A stretch of DNA of 64,000 nucleotides from Coriobacteriales bacterium. GTDB taxonomy: Bacteria > Actinomycetota > Coriobacteriia > Coriobacteriales > UBA8131. Both the position numbers and the translations under genes were made by a program. The stretch is from contig JAIRQA010000040.1 of assembly GCA_031256715.1 (NCBI GenBank), positions 16,736 to 80,735 on the forward strand. Direction: 5' to 3'. Below the pieces are notes generated by a model. It worked only from the letters and a program-made list of their open reading frames with translations, was not told where the DNA came from and made no database searches. Shown here in pieces: positions 11,247 to 21,406 of this stretch. Position 1 is the stretch's first letter, and each line of letters opens with the position of its first letter.

Positions 11247-14168
11247 GTGAACATTAACCCTAATTCAAACCCAAACCAAAATCAAAACAAAAAACGAACA
11301 ACGATAGTCTTTGCAGTCATTTTCGTCGTTGTGCTGCTTGCTTTATCTATGCAGCTTTATAACGCTGGCTCGTCTGGAACTAAGACAGATGTTCTTACAA
11401 CCAGCGAGTTTGTTACTGCTGTAGAAAATGGCGATGTAACCGAGGTAACTTATAATGCTGTGACTCACTCCTTAGACGGCAAATATTTAAAAGATGGCGA
11501 GAAAAACCCCGCTAACGCCATGTTATTTACATCTACTCACACCGGCGACAGCCTAAACGAACTTATGGCTGAACATCCGGAAACAAAGTACGATGTAAGC
11601 GTAACCGATCCCTCTTCATGGATGGGAATACTTAGCTATGTTTTACCGCTACTGATTTTTGGCGTACTCATATGGGTCTTTTTTACACAGTTTAATCAGG
11701 CTAACAATAAACAGATGCAATTTGGCAAAACAAAGGCAAAAAAGACTGTAGAAGAGCGCCCCAAGACTAAGTTTAGCGATGTAGCAGGTATCGACGAGGC
11801 AGTAGAGGAACTGCAAGAGGTTAGAGACTTTTTAGCAAGCCCCGCAAAATATCAAGAGCTAGGCGCCAAAATTCCGCGCGGTGTGCTATTGGTAGGCCCT
11901 CCCGGAACTGGCAAGACACTTTTAGCTCGCGCTGTGGCAGGAGAGGCGGGCGTTCCGTTTTTCTCTATATCTGGATCAGATTTTGTAGAGATGTTTGTGG
12001 GAGTTGGCGCCTCGCGTGTTCGCGATTTGTTTGAGAAGGCAAAGGCAGCGGCTCCGGCAATCATTTTTATAGACGAGATTGATGCCGTTGGACGTCAACG
12101 TGGAGCAGGACTTGGGGGCGGACACGACGAACGCGAACAAACACTAAACCAACTGCTGGTAGAGATGGATGGTTTTGAAGACAACTCATCTGTCATTCTT
12201 ATCGCTGCTACAAATCGCGTAGATATACTAGACCCAGCCTTGTTGCGCCCTGGTCGTTTTGATCGTCAAATTGTTGTTATGCGTCCAGATCTAAAGGGAC
12301 GCGAGCAAATTTTACGTGTGCATTCTGCAGGCAAGCCACTGGCACATAGTGTAGATCTAGGAAAATTAGCGCGTATGACCCCTGGCTTTACAGGTGCCGA
12401 TCTTGCAAACTTAATGAACGAGGCTGCGCTTCTTACTGCACGTAAAGGCAAGAAACTTGTGACTATGGCAGAACTTGATGAGGCAATGGAGCGCGAGATT
12501 GCCGGCCCCGAGCGTAAGGGTCGCATCATGACCGATAAAGAGAAGCGTACCATTGCATATCACGAGAGCGGTCATGCTCTTGTTGGTCATATCTTAGAAA
12601 ATTCCGATCCCGTACATAAGATTTCGATAATCTCGCGCGGTCAGGCATTAGGTTACACACTTTCGTTGCCATCTGAAGATCGTTTCTTAAACTCGCGCAA
12701 CGAGATGTTTGATGATTTGGCAGTTTTCTTGGGCGGGCGAGTTGCCGAGGAAATTTTCTGCGACGACATAACCACAGGAGCCTCGAACGATTTAGAGCGC
12801 GCAACAAAGATGGCGCGGCAGATGGTTACGCGTTATGGTATGACCGATGCTTTGGGCTCACAGGTTTATGGCGAGGCCAACCATGAGGTATTTTTGGGGC
12901 GCGACTATGGCTCTACACCAGATTATAGCGAGGCAACTGCACAGCGCATAGATGACGAGGTTGCCAAAATTATGACTGAAGCGCATGATCGTGCTTACTC
13001 TGTTTTAATAGAAAGGCGCGAGCAGATTGACCTTATGGTGCAAATCTTGCTGGAAAGAGAGACGGTTGAGGGCGAGGCACTAGAAGCGTTATTGGCAGGC
13101 ACCTGGCATGACTATATAGAAGGCGAGGATGAACTGCTGGCACGCAAGGCAGAAGAGTTACGCAAGCAGGAAGAAGATGACGAGCGACGCCGCTTAGAAG
13201 CAAAGCGAGAGGCTGAAGCCGCTGCCGCCAAAGAGGCAGCCAAGCAAGGGCATACAACGCCATTTGGCACTCCTGGAGGTGCAACAACTGCTGCTTTTGG
13301 TACACCAAACGTTCAAGGTTATGGGACACCTGGTGTTGGAGCCTCTGATGGCAAAGGTTTTGGCGTTAATAACAATGCTGCCAGTAATCAGCATGGCTCA
13401 AGTTCAGCCGCATTGTCTGGTACACAAGCTCCTTTTGTGCCACCGCCACTGCCACTTGATAGTAACCAACGCTATACATTAGAAGACATTTTTTCTGGTA
13501 GGGTGTCTCCTGATGAGCTTTTTGAAGCTCAAAAGCGAGCTTTGCTTGACCCTTCTTCTGTGGGTAATGCTGGCGAACTTATTGTTTCAGAGGATACTAC
13601 TCAGGACAATGCTGTAGAAATTGCTCCAGCAGATAGTCATGTCTCAGAAGCTGACTTGGTTAAACCTGCCGATGTAAACGCGCAAGAAGCTGACTTAGTT
13701 AAACCCGCCGATGCAAACGCGCAAGAAGCGATTTTGGAAAAGCCCACTGAGGAAGCTATGCAAGACGTGATTTTGGTTAAACCCACTGAGGAAGCTGTGT
13801 CAAAGAAAAGTACAACTAAAAAGAGCGCAGCTAAAAAGGATACAGATGCTAAGGTTGCCAAGAAGAACCCTGCAACAAAGACCGAAGTTTTGAAGAACAC
13901 AGCAAAGAAAACAACAACCAAAGCAGATGCAGATAAAACCACCAAAACCACTAACGCCACTAAACCTATCAAGAGTACTAAGAGTGCAACAAAATCTAAG
14001 AGTGCGGCTAGCTTAAAAAGTGCTAGTAGCGCTACTAGCGCAAAGACCACAAAAACTACTAAGACAATAAAGACCGCAAAGAGCTCTGGTACTGCCACAG
14101 ATAGCGCTGCATCAGGCAGAGCAGCCACAGACAACGCAGCCCCAGACAGCGACATAGACAATGGGTAA
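11247..14168 (+). CDS. ftsH: ATP-dependent zinc metalloprotease FtsH with a roughly 355-aa low-complexity C-terminal tail
   Basis: N-terminal TM, Walker A GPPGTGKT, Walker [12 protein letters not shown] region, and the zinc site HESGHAL. GTG start with a GAGAAGG RBS. The tail from about 13100 is E/K/A/T-rich with tandem repeats. Confidence 0.95.
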   Translation: MNINPNSNPNQNQNKKRTTIVFAVIFVVVLLALSMQLYNAGSSGTKTDVLTTSEFVTAVENGDVTEVTYNAVTHSLDGKYLKDGEKNPANAMLFTSTHTGDSLNELMAEHPETKYDVSVTDPSSWMGILSYVLPLLIFGVLIWVFFTQFNQANNKQMQFGKTKAKKTVEERPKTKFSDVAGIDEAVEELQEVRDFLASPAKYQELGAKIPRGVLLVGPPGTGKTLLARAVAGEAGVPFFSISGSDFVEMFVGVGASRVRDLFEKAKAAAPAIIFIDEIDAVGRQRGAGLGGGHDEREQTLNQLLVEMDGFEDNSSVILIAATNRVDILDPALLRPGRFDRQIVVMRPDLKGREQILRVHSAGKPLAHSVDLGKLARMTPGFTGADLANLMNEAALLTARKGKKLVTMAELDEAMEREIAGPERKGRIMTDKEKRTIAYHESGHALVGHILENSDPVHKISIISRGQALGYTLSLPSEDRFLNSRNEMFDDLAVFLGGRVAEEIFCDDITTGASNDLERATKMARQMVTRYGMTDALGSQVYGEANHEVFLGRDYGSTPDYSEATAQRIDDEVAKIMTEAHDRAYSVLIERREQIDLMVQILLERETVEGEALEALLAGTWHDYIEGEDELLARKAEELRKQEEDDERRRLEAKREAEAAAAKEAAKQGHTTPFGTPGGATTAAFGTPNVQGYGTPGVGASDGKGFGVNNNAASNQHGSSSAALSGTQAPFVPPPLPLDSNQRYTLEDIFSGRVSPDELFEAQKRALLDPSSVGNAGELIVSEDTTQDNAVEIAPADSHVSEADLVKPADVNAQEADLVKPADANAQEAILEKPTEEAMQDVILVKPTEEAVSKKSTTKKSAAKKDTDAKVAKKNPATKTEVLKNTAKKTTTKADADKTTKTTNATKPIKSTKSATKSKSAASLKSASSATSAKTTKTTKTIKTAKSSGTATDSAASGRAATDNAAPDSDIDNG

Positions 14169-14733
14169 GGCAATGGATAAGGCAAAGATAGAGGCAGGGG
14201 TTCGGCTAATACTAGAGGGCATTGGAGAAGACATCAACCGAGAAGGTCTGCTTGATACACCTATGCGCGTCGCTCGTATGTATGAAGAGGTTTGTTCTGG
14301 AATAGCATGCGACCCAAAAGAATATTTTCAGACGTCGTTTGGCGAGAACCATCACGAGATGGTGCTAGTAAAAGACATGCCTTTTTATTCCTTGTGTGAG
14401 CACCACATGGTGCCTTTTTTTGGCATGGCGCATGTTGCTTACCTACCAGGCAAGGATGGACGAATTTGCGGCTTAAGCAAACTTGCGCGCCTTGTAGACG
14501 CGTATTCAAGGCGACTACAAGTGCAAGAAAGACTAACAACGCAGATAGCACAAACGCTAGTTGAGCAGCTTTCGCCACGAGGCGTAATTGTGGTCATAGA
14601 GGCCGAACATCTTTGCATGAGTATGCGGGGCGTAAAGAAGCCTGGGTCAAAAACAATTACAAGCGCGGTACGCGGTATGTTTGAGAGTTCTCAAAAGACT
14701 CGCAACGAGGCGCTGTCGTTGATTTTAGGATAA
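14161..14733 (+). CDS. folE: GTP cyclohydrolase I
   Basis: [20 protein letters not shown] and QVQERLT motifs. Overlaps the ftsH stop by 8 nt; an alternative ATG is at 14173. Confidence 0.93.
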   Translation: MGKAMDKAKIEAGVRLILEGIGEDINREGLLDTPMRVARMYEEVCSGIACDPKEYFQTSFGENHHEMVLVKDMPFYSLCEHHMVPFFGMAHVAYLPGKDGRICGLSKLARLVDAYSRRLQVQERLTTQIAQTLVEQLSPRGVIVVIEAEHLCMSMRGVKKPGSKTITSAVRGMFESSQKTRNEALSLILG

Positions 14734-14894
14734 TTGGCTAAGGAGGCACTACGTATCTTACGCCACGTATCTTACGTCACTTCCCCTGCATCGTTTATCA
14801 TGCACCACTTATCTAACGTTATTTATCTAGCGCCTTTCATCCGGATGAATGGGACTATACAAGGAAAGCGAAACATGGCATTATTTACTTATGG

Positions 14895-14978
14895 CAAATG
14901 GCATCGCTTGTTAGACAAGACAAACTGGGGGCAGTTTGTGGGGGGTCTACAACAAGCGGTGCCATTTGATATTTTTTT
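14895..14978 (+). terminator. long compound hairpin plus U-tract between folE and folP (terminator or attenuator)
   Basis: CAAATGGCATCGCTTGTT (14895-14912) pairs with AACAAGCGGTGCCATTTG (14950-14967). An inner ACAAACTG-GGGG-CAGTTTGT hairpin sits inside, and GATATTTTTTT follows. Confidence 0.6.
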
Positions 14979-15004
14979 GAGGATTTAAAAGAGGAGGAAT
15001 TATA

Positions 15005-16027
15005 TTGAGAAAAACTTGGCAATGCGGCAATCACAACTTGTGTCTGGACAAGCCCATAATCATGGGAATACTTAACGTTACGCCAGATTCGTTTTCTGAT
15101 GGTGGTGAGTACTATATAGAGGCAGTTGCCAACGCAAAACAAAGCACCAAAACCTACTTGGAAAACAACTTAGAAAACAACTCAGAAATCAAGACGGTAG
15201 CCAACACAAAAACCAACACAAAAACCAACACAAAAGCTTACTCAGAAAAAAGCTCAGAAAACAACTTAAGTTGCGATTCAAGCTACAGTTGCGAAGACAG
15301 TTTAGATAATAAGCTAGCATATGAATATGCTATGACAATGATATCATATGGTGCTAGCATAATTGACATCGGAGGCGAATCTACACGCCCGGGCGCGCAG
15401 GAGGTTTCTGAAGCAGAAGAGTTGCGTCGTATTTTGCCTGTGATAAAAAAGTTGGCAGATCAGGGTGTGCCAGTATCGGTAGACACGCGACACGCATCTG
15501 TAGCTAAAGCTGCGGTTTGCGCTGGTGCCAGTATCATTAATGACGTAAGCGGTTTTCGCAACCCGGAAATGGTGGCAGTAGCAAAGGACTGTAACGCTGG
15601 ATTAATTGTCATGCACATGTTAGGTGAACCGCAAAATATGCAGGAGAATCCTAAATATTGCGACGTGGTAAAGGAAGTAAGCGAGTATTTGTTACAACAA
15701 GCGAAAATGCTGGAGGGCGCAGGCATTAAGCACGAGCGCATTGCTATAGACCCAGGTCCTGGTTTTGGTAAAGATTACGCGCACAACATGGCCTTGCTGC
15801 GGGCGACGGCAAGTTTGGCAAAGCTGGGCTACCCGCTTGTAGCTGCATGGTCGCGAAAGCGTTTTGTTGGCGAACTTACAGGGGAAAAAATTGCTAAAGA
15901 GCGCGTAGCTGGTTCTGTGGCGGTAGCCGCATGGGCTGCCGCCAACAAAGCCAGTATCTTACGCGTTCATGATGTGAAGCCAATGGCTCAGGCGCTTGCA
16001 GCACTAAATGCCATTGTTGCAGATTAG
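15005..16027 (+). CDS. folP: dihydropteroate synthase with a roughly 60-aa low-complexity insertion
   Basis: GILNVTPDSFSDGG and IIDIGGESTRPG motifs, separated by an N/K/T/S-rich insert (15125-15304). TTG start 8 nt after an AGGAGG. Confidence 0.9.
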   Translation: MRKTWQCGNHNLCLDKPIIMGILNVTPDSFSDGGEYYIEAVANAKQSTKTYLENNLENNSEIKTVANTKTNTKTNTKAYSEKSSENNLSCDSSYSCEDSLDNKLAYEYAMTMISYGASIIDIGGESTRPGAQEVSEAEELRRILPVIKKLADQGVPVSVDTRHASVAKAAVCAGASIINDVSGFRNPEMVAVAKDCNAGLIVMHMLGEPQNMQENPKYCDVVKEVSEYLLQQAKMLEGAGIKHERIAIDPGPGFGKDYAHNMALLRATASLAKLGYPLVAAWSRKRFVGELTGEKIAKERVAGSVAVAAWAAANKASILRVHDVKPMAQALAALNAIVAD

Positions 16028-16055
16028 AAGTCTTTAGACCTGCAGAAATTACAAA

Positions 16056-16171
16056 CGCAAAAAGCTTTTAGACTCGCAGATATGTCAGGCGCAAAAAGCT
16101 TTTAGACTCGCTAATATGTCAAGTACAAAAAGACTTTTGAGTTGCTCTAAGGGCTCACAGATATGTTAAAC
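16056..16171. repeat. 34-bp tandem repeat x3 (third copy degenerate) downstream of folP
   Basis: CGCAAAAAGCTTTTAGACTCGC(A/T)(G/A)ATATGTCA(G/A)G occurs twice in tandem, followed by a diverged third copy. Confidence 0.8.
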
Positions 16172-16190
16172 GACACAAGATTAGCATTAA

Positions 16191-16931
16191 TTAGAGCAGC
16201 GGCCAATAATTACTTGCCTTTCCCTGCGGTTTCATGCCAGCGCGTTCTGCTTCGTCCATCATTTCTTTGATGTTTTCTGAGCAGCTAATAAGTGAGGGGC
16301 AATATTGCGTACAATTACCACATTGAACACATTCAAAAACGCCCGAAAACACTGCTTGCTCTAGACGGTTAGACCGATCTTGTCCATCTATATGGCGCAA
16401 GTAAATCTCTTGCATTGCGCCGGGACCTGCGAAACGACCCCATTTGTTAAAGATGTTTAAGGCTTGGCAGCCAGCATAACAGCACATGCATTCACGGCAA
16501 GCATTAAGTGGATAAAGTTTCTCGCGCCAAAACTCGCTTTCTATCTGTTTTAGTACCCCATCTGGCGCAAGCGTTTTAATCGTGTGATTGCTGACAACAA
16601 ATTTCGCATAGGCTTCCTGCTTGTTTACTACCAAATCGCGAATCACAGGAAAACCAGAAAGTGGGGCAAAGCTGTGGTTGCCTGTAAGTGTAAACATGCA
16701 TGCCAAACGTGGCTCGTCGTCAATCATAATAGCGCAGCGTCCACAGGTGCCGCGGCGACAGTTGTAATCATAAGCAACAGGCTCATGGTAGCGGTTTATC
16801 CAATGCAGCGCTTTTAAGGCGGTCATGGGAGCAAAATCCGGATCATCAGGGATTTCATAGGTCTTTGTATATGGTTCTAAATCTACACTGGAATCATAGT
16901 GTGTGATTGTGATTTTATATGTGTTTGCCAT
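16191..16931 (-). CDS. succinate dehydrogenase/fumarate reductase-type iron-sulfur subunit (FrdB/SdhB-like)
   Basis: CRRGTCGRCAIMIDDEPRLAC (2Fe-2S), CRECMCCYAGCQ and CVQCGNCTQYCP cluster motifs. Downstream of the flavoprotein on the same strand. Confidence 0.8.
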   Translation of the reverse strand: MANTYKITITHYDSSVDLEPYTKTYEIPDDPDFAPMTALKALHWINRYHEPVAYDYNCRRGTCGRCAIMIDDEPRLACMFTLTGNHSFAPLSGFPVIRDLVVNKQEAYAKFVVSNHTIKTLAPDGVLKQIESEFWREKLYPLNACRECMCCYAGCQALNIFNKWGRFAGPGAMQEIYLRHIDGQDRSNRLEQAVFSGVFECVQCGNCTQYCPSLISCSENIKEMMDEAERAGMKPQGKASNYWPLL

Positions 16932-17157
16932 CTAAAGGTTCCTTTCGTTTGGATGATTAATTTCTGGCTGTAAGTTCGGTTAAAAAACTGATCGTAAATT
17001 AAGTCGCAGATCTTGCCACAAGGAATGCAGAAAGCCTAGTCACAAGGCAAATTGCAGCTATAAACACAAGGCAAGCCCTAAGCTAGTCACAAGTGAAGAC
17101 ATAAGTCTAGCCACAAGATTGCTTGCAAAGTTAGCACTAAGCCTAGCGACCAAAAAA

Positions 17158-19134
17158 TCAAACTGACTTATTGGGGACACTAATGTCGTATTTTGGATCG
17201 CTGTCGTCAAGTAGACGCATTATTTCGCTTCGCGGCAAAACGGTGTCTACAACGTCGCCCTTCTCGACATTCCAAACACCATTTTTATTAACAGAGACCC
17301 ACAGATAACAAAGGAAATTTGTGTTGTCCATTTTTGGATAATCGCTACGAAAGAATGGCGAGCGACTCTCTTTGCGAGCCATTGCCGCGTGCACAGTAGC
17401 AAGCGAACAATAAAGCATGCTATCAATTTCCATCGCCATCTTCCAGTCGCGATTAAAGTTAAGCGATTTATCTTTGCAAACCATTTTGGGCAAATCCTCT
17501 TTCTGAATGCGCTCTAGCTCGGCTAGCATCGTCTTCATGCCATCCTCGCTTTTCATGAAGTCCTGACCTTTGTAAAAGGCGCGCTGAATGCGACGATGAA
17601 CCTCTGTAGAGCGAATGCCCTCGCCATCTTTAACATCCCTTTGCAAGTAGTCATATGCGTGGAGTAGCGCAGACTGAACATCGTCAGGCGAAAACGCAGG
17701 CAGGCTGGCTTCTTCTGCAACCTTTGCGCTTGCATCTTTTGCTGCAAGATAGCTTTGTCCCCAATTCCAGGTACTACTGCCTGCAGAAAGAGCTACAAAA
17801 ATGGGATAAAGTCCAGGAATTTCATGTTCGCATGTCTGGGGATTTTGAGCAGGTACACCTGCAGAGCTATATTCGTTTACCAGACACTCCAGATTGTCTG
17901 GATAGTTATAGTTTAGGTTTTTTGTTGAGAAGCGCATTAGCCCCTTGTAAGATGGATACGACTGCGAATTAGGTTCGTCCTGTAAACCTTTAAGGTTAAA
18001 ATAAATGCCATTGTTGCTGCCATCGCCACTTGTTGCCTTGTTTTGATAGAACTCTTTTGCGGTAGCAATAAGCGCACCTTGAAATGCCGAGAGGTCTTGT
18101 TTAGATGGGTCATCAAAGAAACCTAAAGTGTAGGAAACGCCATCTTTGTTTAACATGCGCTTGTGAATTTCGCCATTTACAGGAAAGGTTACAGCAAGCT
18201 CAATTTGGTCTTGCTCTTTGTCGGGGCGATAGCCAAAAGGATGAATGCCGCAGAAGTCATATTGAGGAAACTCCATGTCTTTAAATGCATAGCCACGCTT
18301 TAATAAAGCATAGTGACCTTCTCCTGTAGATTCAGGTGAGCCACCAGTTTTGCCTGTTGCCCAATGGTAGCCGCCGGTACAAAGGATGGTCTTTTTGCCT
18401 CTGAAAACATGAGCGCTGCCATCGGCAAGACTAATAGCAACAATGCCTGCAGAGTTGCCCTTGTCGTCTAGAAGAATATCTAACATCATCATATTGCTAT
18501 AAATAGGTATGCCACGCTTTGTTAGCATTTGCGCGCTTTGCTTGTATAAGGCGTTGTGCGTAGCGGCCATACCCTCTACATCGTTGCCTACAACTTTGTT
18601 GTCATCGTCGCGCTGAAAAAGATTGCCGGATTGCTCGATGACAATGCGTGGGCGACTTTCTACATGGGCGCGTCCAACATTGCGCGCCTGCTCTTGGTTC
18701 ATAATGCCCATGCAGTCTATTGCAAAGAAGTTGGCAATAGAAACACCATCGTCTTTGTTGTTTTCTGCACTTACAAATGATTGTCCCCACAAAACGCCAG
18801 AGTTTCCCGAATGACCAACCGGCCCTTTGTCTACCAAGATAACCGATGCTCCATTGTCATTAGCTACGCGTGTGGCGTTAAGCCCCGACATACCGCCGCC
18901 AACAACAATGATGTCGGCCTCATGAACGACATAGGATAAATCGCCTGACGCAAATTGCATCGTGGCAACTCTATCGTTGCCATTAGTGCCGCCACTATTG
19001 TCGTTGGCGCCTCTTGGTGCGCAAGATGTTAGCGTTGCGCCTACAGTGGTAGCCATGGCAGCCGTTGTTGCTGCCGCGGCGCCAAATAGGACGCTGCCCT
19101 TAATAAACTTGCGTCTGCTTAGTTCTTCTCCCAT
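17158..19134 (-). CDS. FAD-dependent fumarate-reductase-family flavoprotein with a twin-arginine signal and lipobox
   Basis: LSRRKFIKG TAT motif, ...ATLTSC lipobox, and the DIIVVGGGMSGLNAT dinucleotide fold. 658 aa. Confidence 0.8.
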   Translation of the reverse strand: MGEELSRRKFIKGSVLFGAAAATTAAMATTVGATLTSCAPRGANDNSGGTNGNDRVATMQFASGDLSYVVHEADIIVVGGGMSGLNATRVANDNGASVILVDKGPVGHSGNSGVLWGQSFVSAENNKDDGVSIANFFAIDCMGIMNQEQARNVGRAHVESRPRIVIEQSGNLFQRDDDNKVVGNDVEGMAATHNALYKQSAQMLTKRGIPIYSNMMMLDILLDDKGNSAGIVAISLADGSAHVFRGKKTILCTGGYHWATGKTGGSPESTGEGHYALLKRGYAFKDMEFPQYDFCGIHPFGYRPDKEQDQIELAVTFPVNGEIHKRMLNKDGVSYTLGFFDDPSKQDLSAFQGALIATAKEFYQNKATSGDGSNNGIYFNLKGLQDEPNSQSYPSYKGLMRFSTKNLNYNYPDNLECLVNEYSSAGVPAQNPQTCEHEIPGLYPIFVALSAGSSTWNWGQSYLAAKDASAKVAEEASLPAFSPDDVQSALLHAYDYLQRDVKDGEGIRSTEVHRRIQRAFYKGQDFMKSEDGMKTMLAELERIQKEDLPKMVCKDKSLNFNRDWKMAMEIDSMLYCSLATVHAAMARKESRSPFFRSDYPKMDNTNFLCYLWVSVNKNGVWNVEKGDVVDTVLPRSEIMRLLDDSDPKYDISVPNKSV

Positions 19135-19714
19135 ACTTTACTCCTATCGTTGTTGGTTGTTAATGCGCACTGCAAATTTGAGGGTGCGGACATTTTTTGG
19201 CTTCGCCTAGGTTGCCAGACCCGGGCTTTGCCTATGCTTACGTGTTAAGTATTTGTCCACCGCCTTGCGGCAGCACAAATTGTTACAAAAGCCTATTTGC
19301 TCTTTCGCATTTGTCCACCGCCTACTTAGGAACTAAAAAAAGTCCCTGTGGCAATATATTCCTCTAAGGAGCATTTGCACAGAGTGGTTCACAGGGTGTT
19401 TTGTACTTGTATTTGTAACGTGAAGTATTTTTCCGTTTGCTTGTAGCAACATTACAGTAGATAAACGTGATTGTATGGGTGATTGTATAGGTGATTGTAC
19501 AGGTGTTTAGAATAATTGTGGTGAGTTGTCGTAACGGCTAGCCAAAACGTCTGTCTGCGACGCGCGGGAGCAACAGTAAGTTGTGTAGCTTGTTATATCA
19601 CTTACGTCCGTCGCATAAAGTCCTCATAAAAAATTTCGCAAGTTAGGTTCATGTAACCTAAATATGGCATTAGGATGGTATACTAAATAGTTTGTAAGAA
19701 TGGCACGGTCGCTA

Positions 19715-19935
19715 GCGCGAGCAACGGCTATCTTTATAAGCGTGGGCAACGGCTGTCTTTGTGAGCGTGGGCAACGGCTGCATTTGTGAGCGTGGGCAAC
19801 GGCTGCATGCCCGAGCACACGTCGCGACAGTATACGCGAGCACACGTCGCGACGGTATTCACGAGCACACGTCGCGACAGTATTCACGAGCGCACGACGC
19901 GACTGCATGCCCGAGCGCACGCCACGACTTTGCGC
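19715..19935. repeat. about 25-bp tandem array (about 9 units, two sub-families) upstream of trkA
   Basis: GCGTGGGCAACGGCTG....TGA units, then GCACACGTCGCGACAGTATTCACGA units in strict 25-bp register. The ORFs on both strands here are repeat artefacts. Confidence 0.85.
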
Positions 19936-19990
19936 TAAAGCAAACGATGTGTCAGACATACATAAACTCTAGAAAGGTTACGAGGCGTAA

Positions 19991-21061
19991 ATGAACATTA
20001 TTATTGTAGGTTGTGGCAGAGTTGGCTCACAGTTGGCTCAATTGCTTTCGCACGAGAATAATAGCGTGACAGTAATAGATAGCAGCTCGCGTTCATTTGC
20101 AAACTTGGGACGCAACTTCGACGGTCGCACGGTTGTAGGCGTAGGCTTTGACGAAGACACGCTAATGGCTGCGGGAATTAACGAGTGCGATGTTTTAGCT
20201 GCTGTAACCGACCAAGACAACTCTAACCTAATGATTGCCGAGGTCGGACGCAAATTGTTTGATGTTCCCCATGTTCTTACCCGCCTATACAATCCTGACC
20301 GAAAGAGCGCGTATCTGCAACTTGGCTTAGATTATGTATGTGGCACAGAGCTTGTTGCAGAAGAAATGTATTCTAAAATTGTTGCCGAGCACGGTGGTCA
20401 TATAGACACTTTTGGCGATTACGAGATTCTTAGTTTTGCACTAGCGTTGCAGGAAGAAACACATTTTTCAGATTATGTCGAGAAGTACCCCGCTGCTACC
20501 GCTCAGGAATCCTCGTCTGGTGCGACCTGCGTACAGCCTGGCGTAGTGTCATCTAAAGAGGAAGTGCCTTTTGCGTCAGTGGCGCATCATAAGAATGCAG
20601 CAAATTCCGAACCGGCAGCGCACCCCGGGGCTTTAATGCAGTCAGCGCACCCGGGGGCTCTAATGCAGGCAACGCACCCTGTGAATACTGAACTTTCCAT
20701 GCAGTCAGCGCACCCTGTGAATACCGAACTTTCCATGCAGGCAGCACCCCCCGAATCTTCCGTGCTGCAAGCATCCCCAGAAGCTTTCGGACGGCAAACA
20801 CATTATGCACCTCCAGAAGCTTTCGGTCGGCAAGCGCAGGAAGCGCTTCTTGCACATAACGAGCACGAGACGCGCACAAAAGCTATTTTGGTAGGCGCTA
20901 TGGAACGCGACCATGAGATTCGTATCATTGCTTTTGAGCGTAAGGATGGTTCATTAAACTCTCTGCCAACAAAAGATAGTGTGCTATATGAGGGTGATAT
21001 TGTGCTAGCATGCGTTCATAAGGATAAGCTAGCACAATTTGCCCACTTTATGTCCCGTTAG
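19991..21061 (+). CDS. trkA: TrkA-family K+ uptake NAD-binding protein whose TrkA-C domain is split by a roughly 140-aa repeat insertion
   Basis: MNIIIVGCGRVGSQLA Rossmann start and C-terminal TrkA-C (...ERKDGSLNSLPTKDSVLYEGDIVLA). Internal duplicated HPGALMQ, HPVNTELSMQ and PEAFGRQ units. Confidence 0.85.
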   Translation: MNIIIVGCGRVGSQLAQLLSHENNSVTVIDSSSRSFANLGRNFDGRTVVGVGFDEDTLMAAGINECDVLAAVTDQDNSNLMIAEVGRKLFDVPHVLTRLYNPDRKSAYLQLGLDYVCGTELVAEEMYSKIVAEHGGHIDTFGDYEILSFALALQEETHFSDYVEKYPAATAQESSSGATCVQPGVVSSKEEVPFASVAHHKNAANSEPAAHPGALMQSAHPGALMQATHPVNTELSMQSAHPVNTELSMQAAPPESSVLQASPEAFGRQTHYAPPEAFGRQAQEALLAHNEHETRTKAILVGAMERDHEIRIIAFERKDGSLNSLPTKDSVLYEGDIVLACVHKDKLAQFAHFMSR

Positions 21062-21091
21062 AAGGAGTGCAGATATGAAAGTTAAAAAATC

Positions 21092-21238
21092 GTTACTGTT
21101 CACGCCCCTCTGCGTCATCCTAAGATTGCCGTGGCGGCAATGCTTAAATGTTCTGACACTTCGGTCTGGCGTACTAGAACCTTTAAGCTCTCGCTTCTCC
21201 TGACACTAGATGACATGGGGTGGGGCGTGAACAGTAAC
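21092..21238 (-). mobile_element. 147-bp MITE-like element, copy A
   Basis: 17-bp terminal inverted repeats GTTACTGTTCACGCCCC (21092-21108) and GGGGCGTGAACAGTAAC (21222-21238). The interior is the reverse complement of copy B at 24435-24581. Confidence 0.75.
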
Positions 21239-21406
21239 AAACAATCTTTAATTTCTGCGGGCTTAATTCCTTGCAGCTTGACGCAGAAAAGCCGCATAGG
21301 CTATCTTTGCCGCAACAACGTGTAGCAAAATGGAACAAAGCGTGAAAGACTGAACAATTTTACATAGAGATTTGTGCCGCTACGTGCGGCAGAATGGAAA
21401 AAAGAC

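Noticed and set aside
13637-14185. 182-aa minus-strand ORF opposite the ftsH tail
   Set aside because: It is an antisense reading of the low-complexity K/T/A-rich ftsH C-terminal extension, and its hydrophobic repeat peptide is an artefact.
14734-14988. 84-aa ORF in the folE-folP spacer
   Set aside because: It has a TTG start and no RBS, spans the direct repeat and the long hairpin terminator, and has implausible composition.
19624-19994. Possible CRISPR array, and ORFs 19624-19959 (minus) and 19761-19994 (plus)
   Set aside because: The 25-bp units are contiguous with no unique spacers and no cas genes, so this is a simple tandem array. The ORFs are repeat artefacts.
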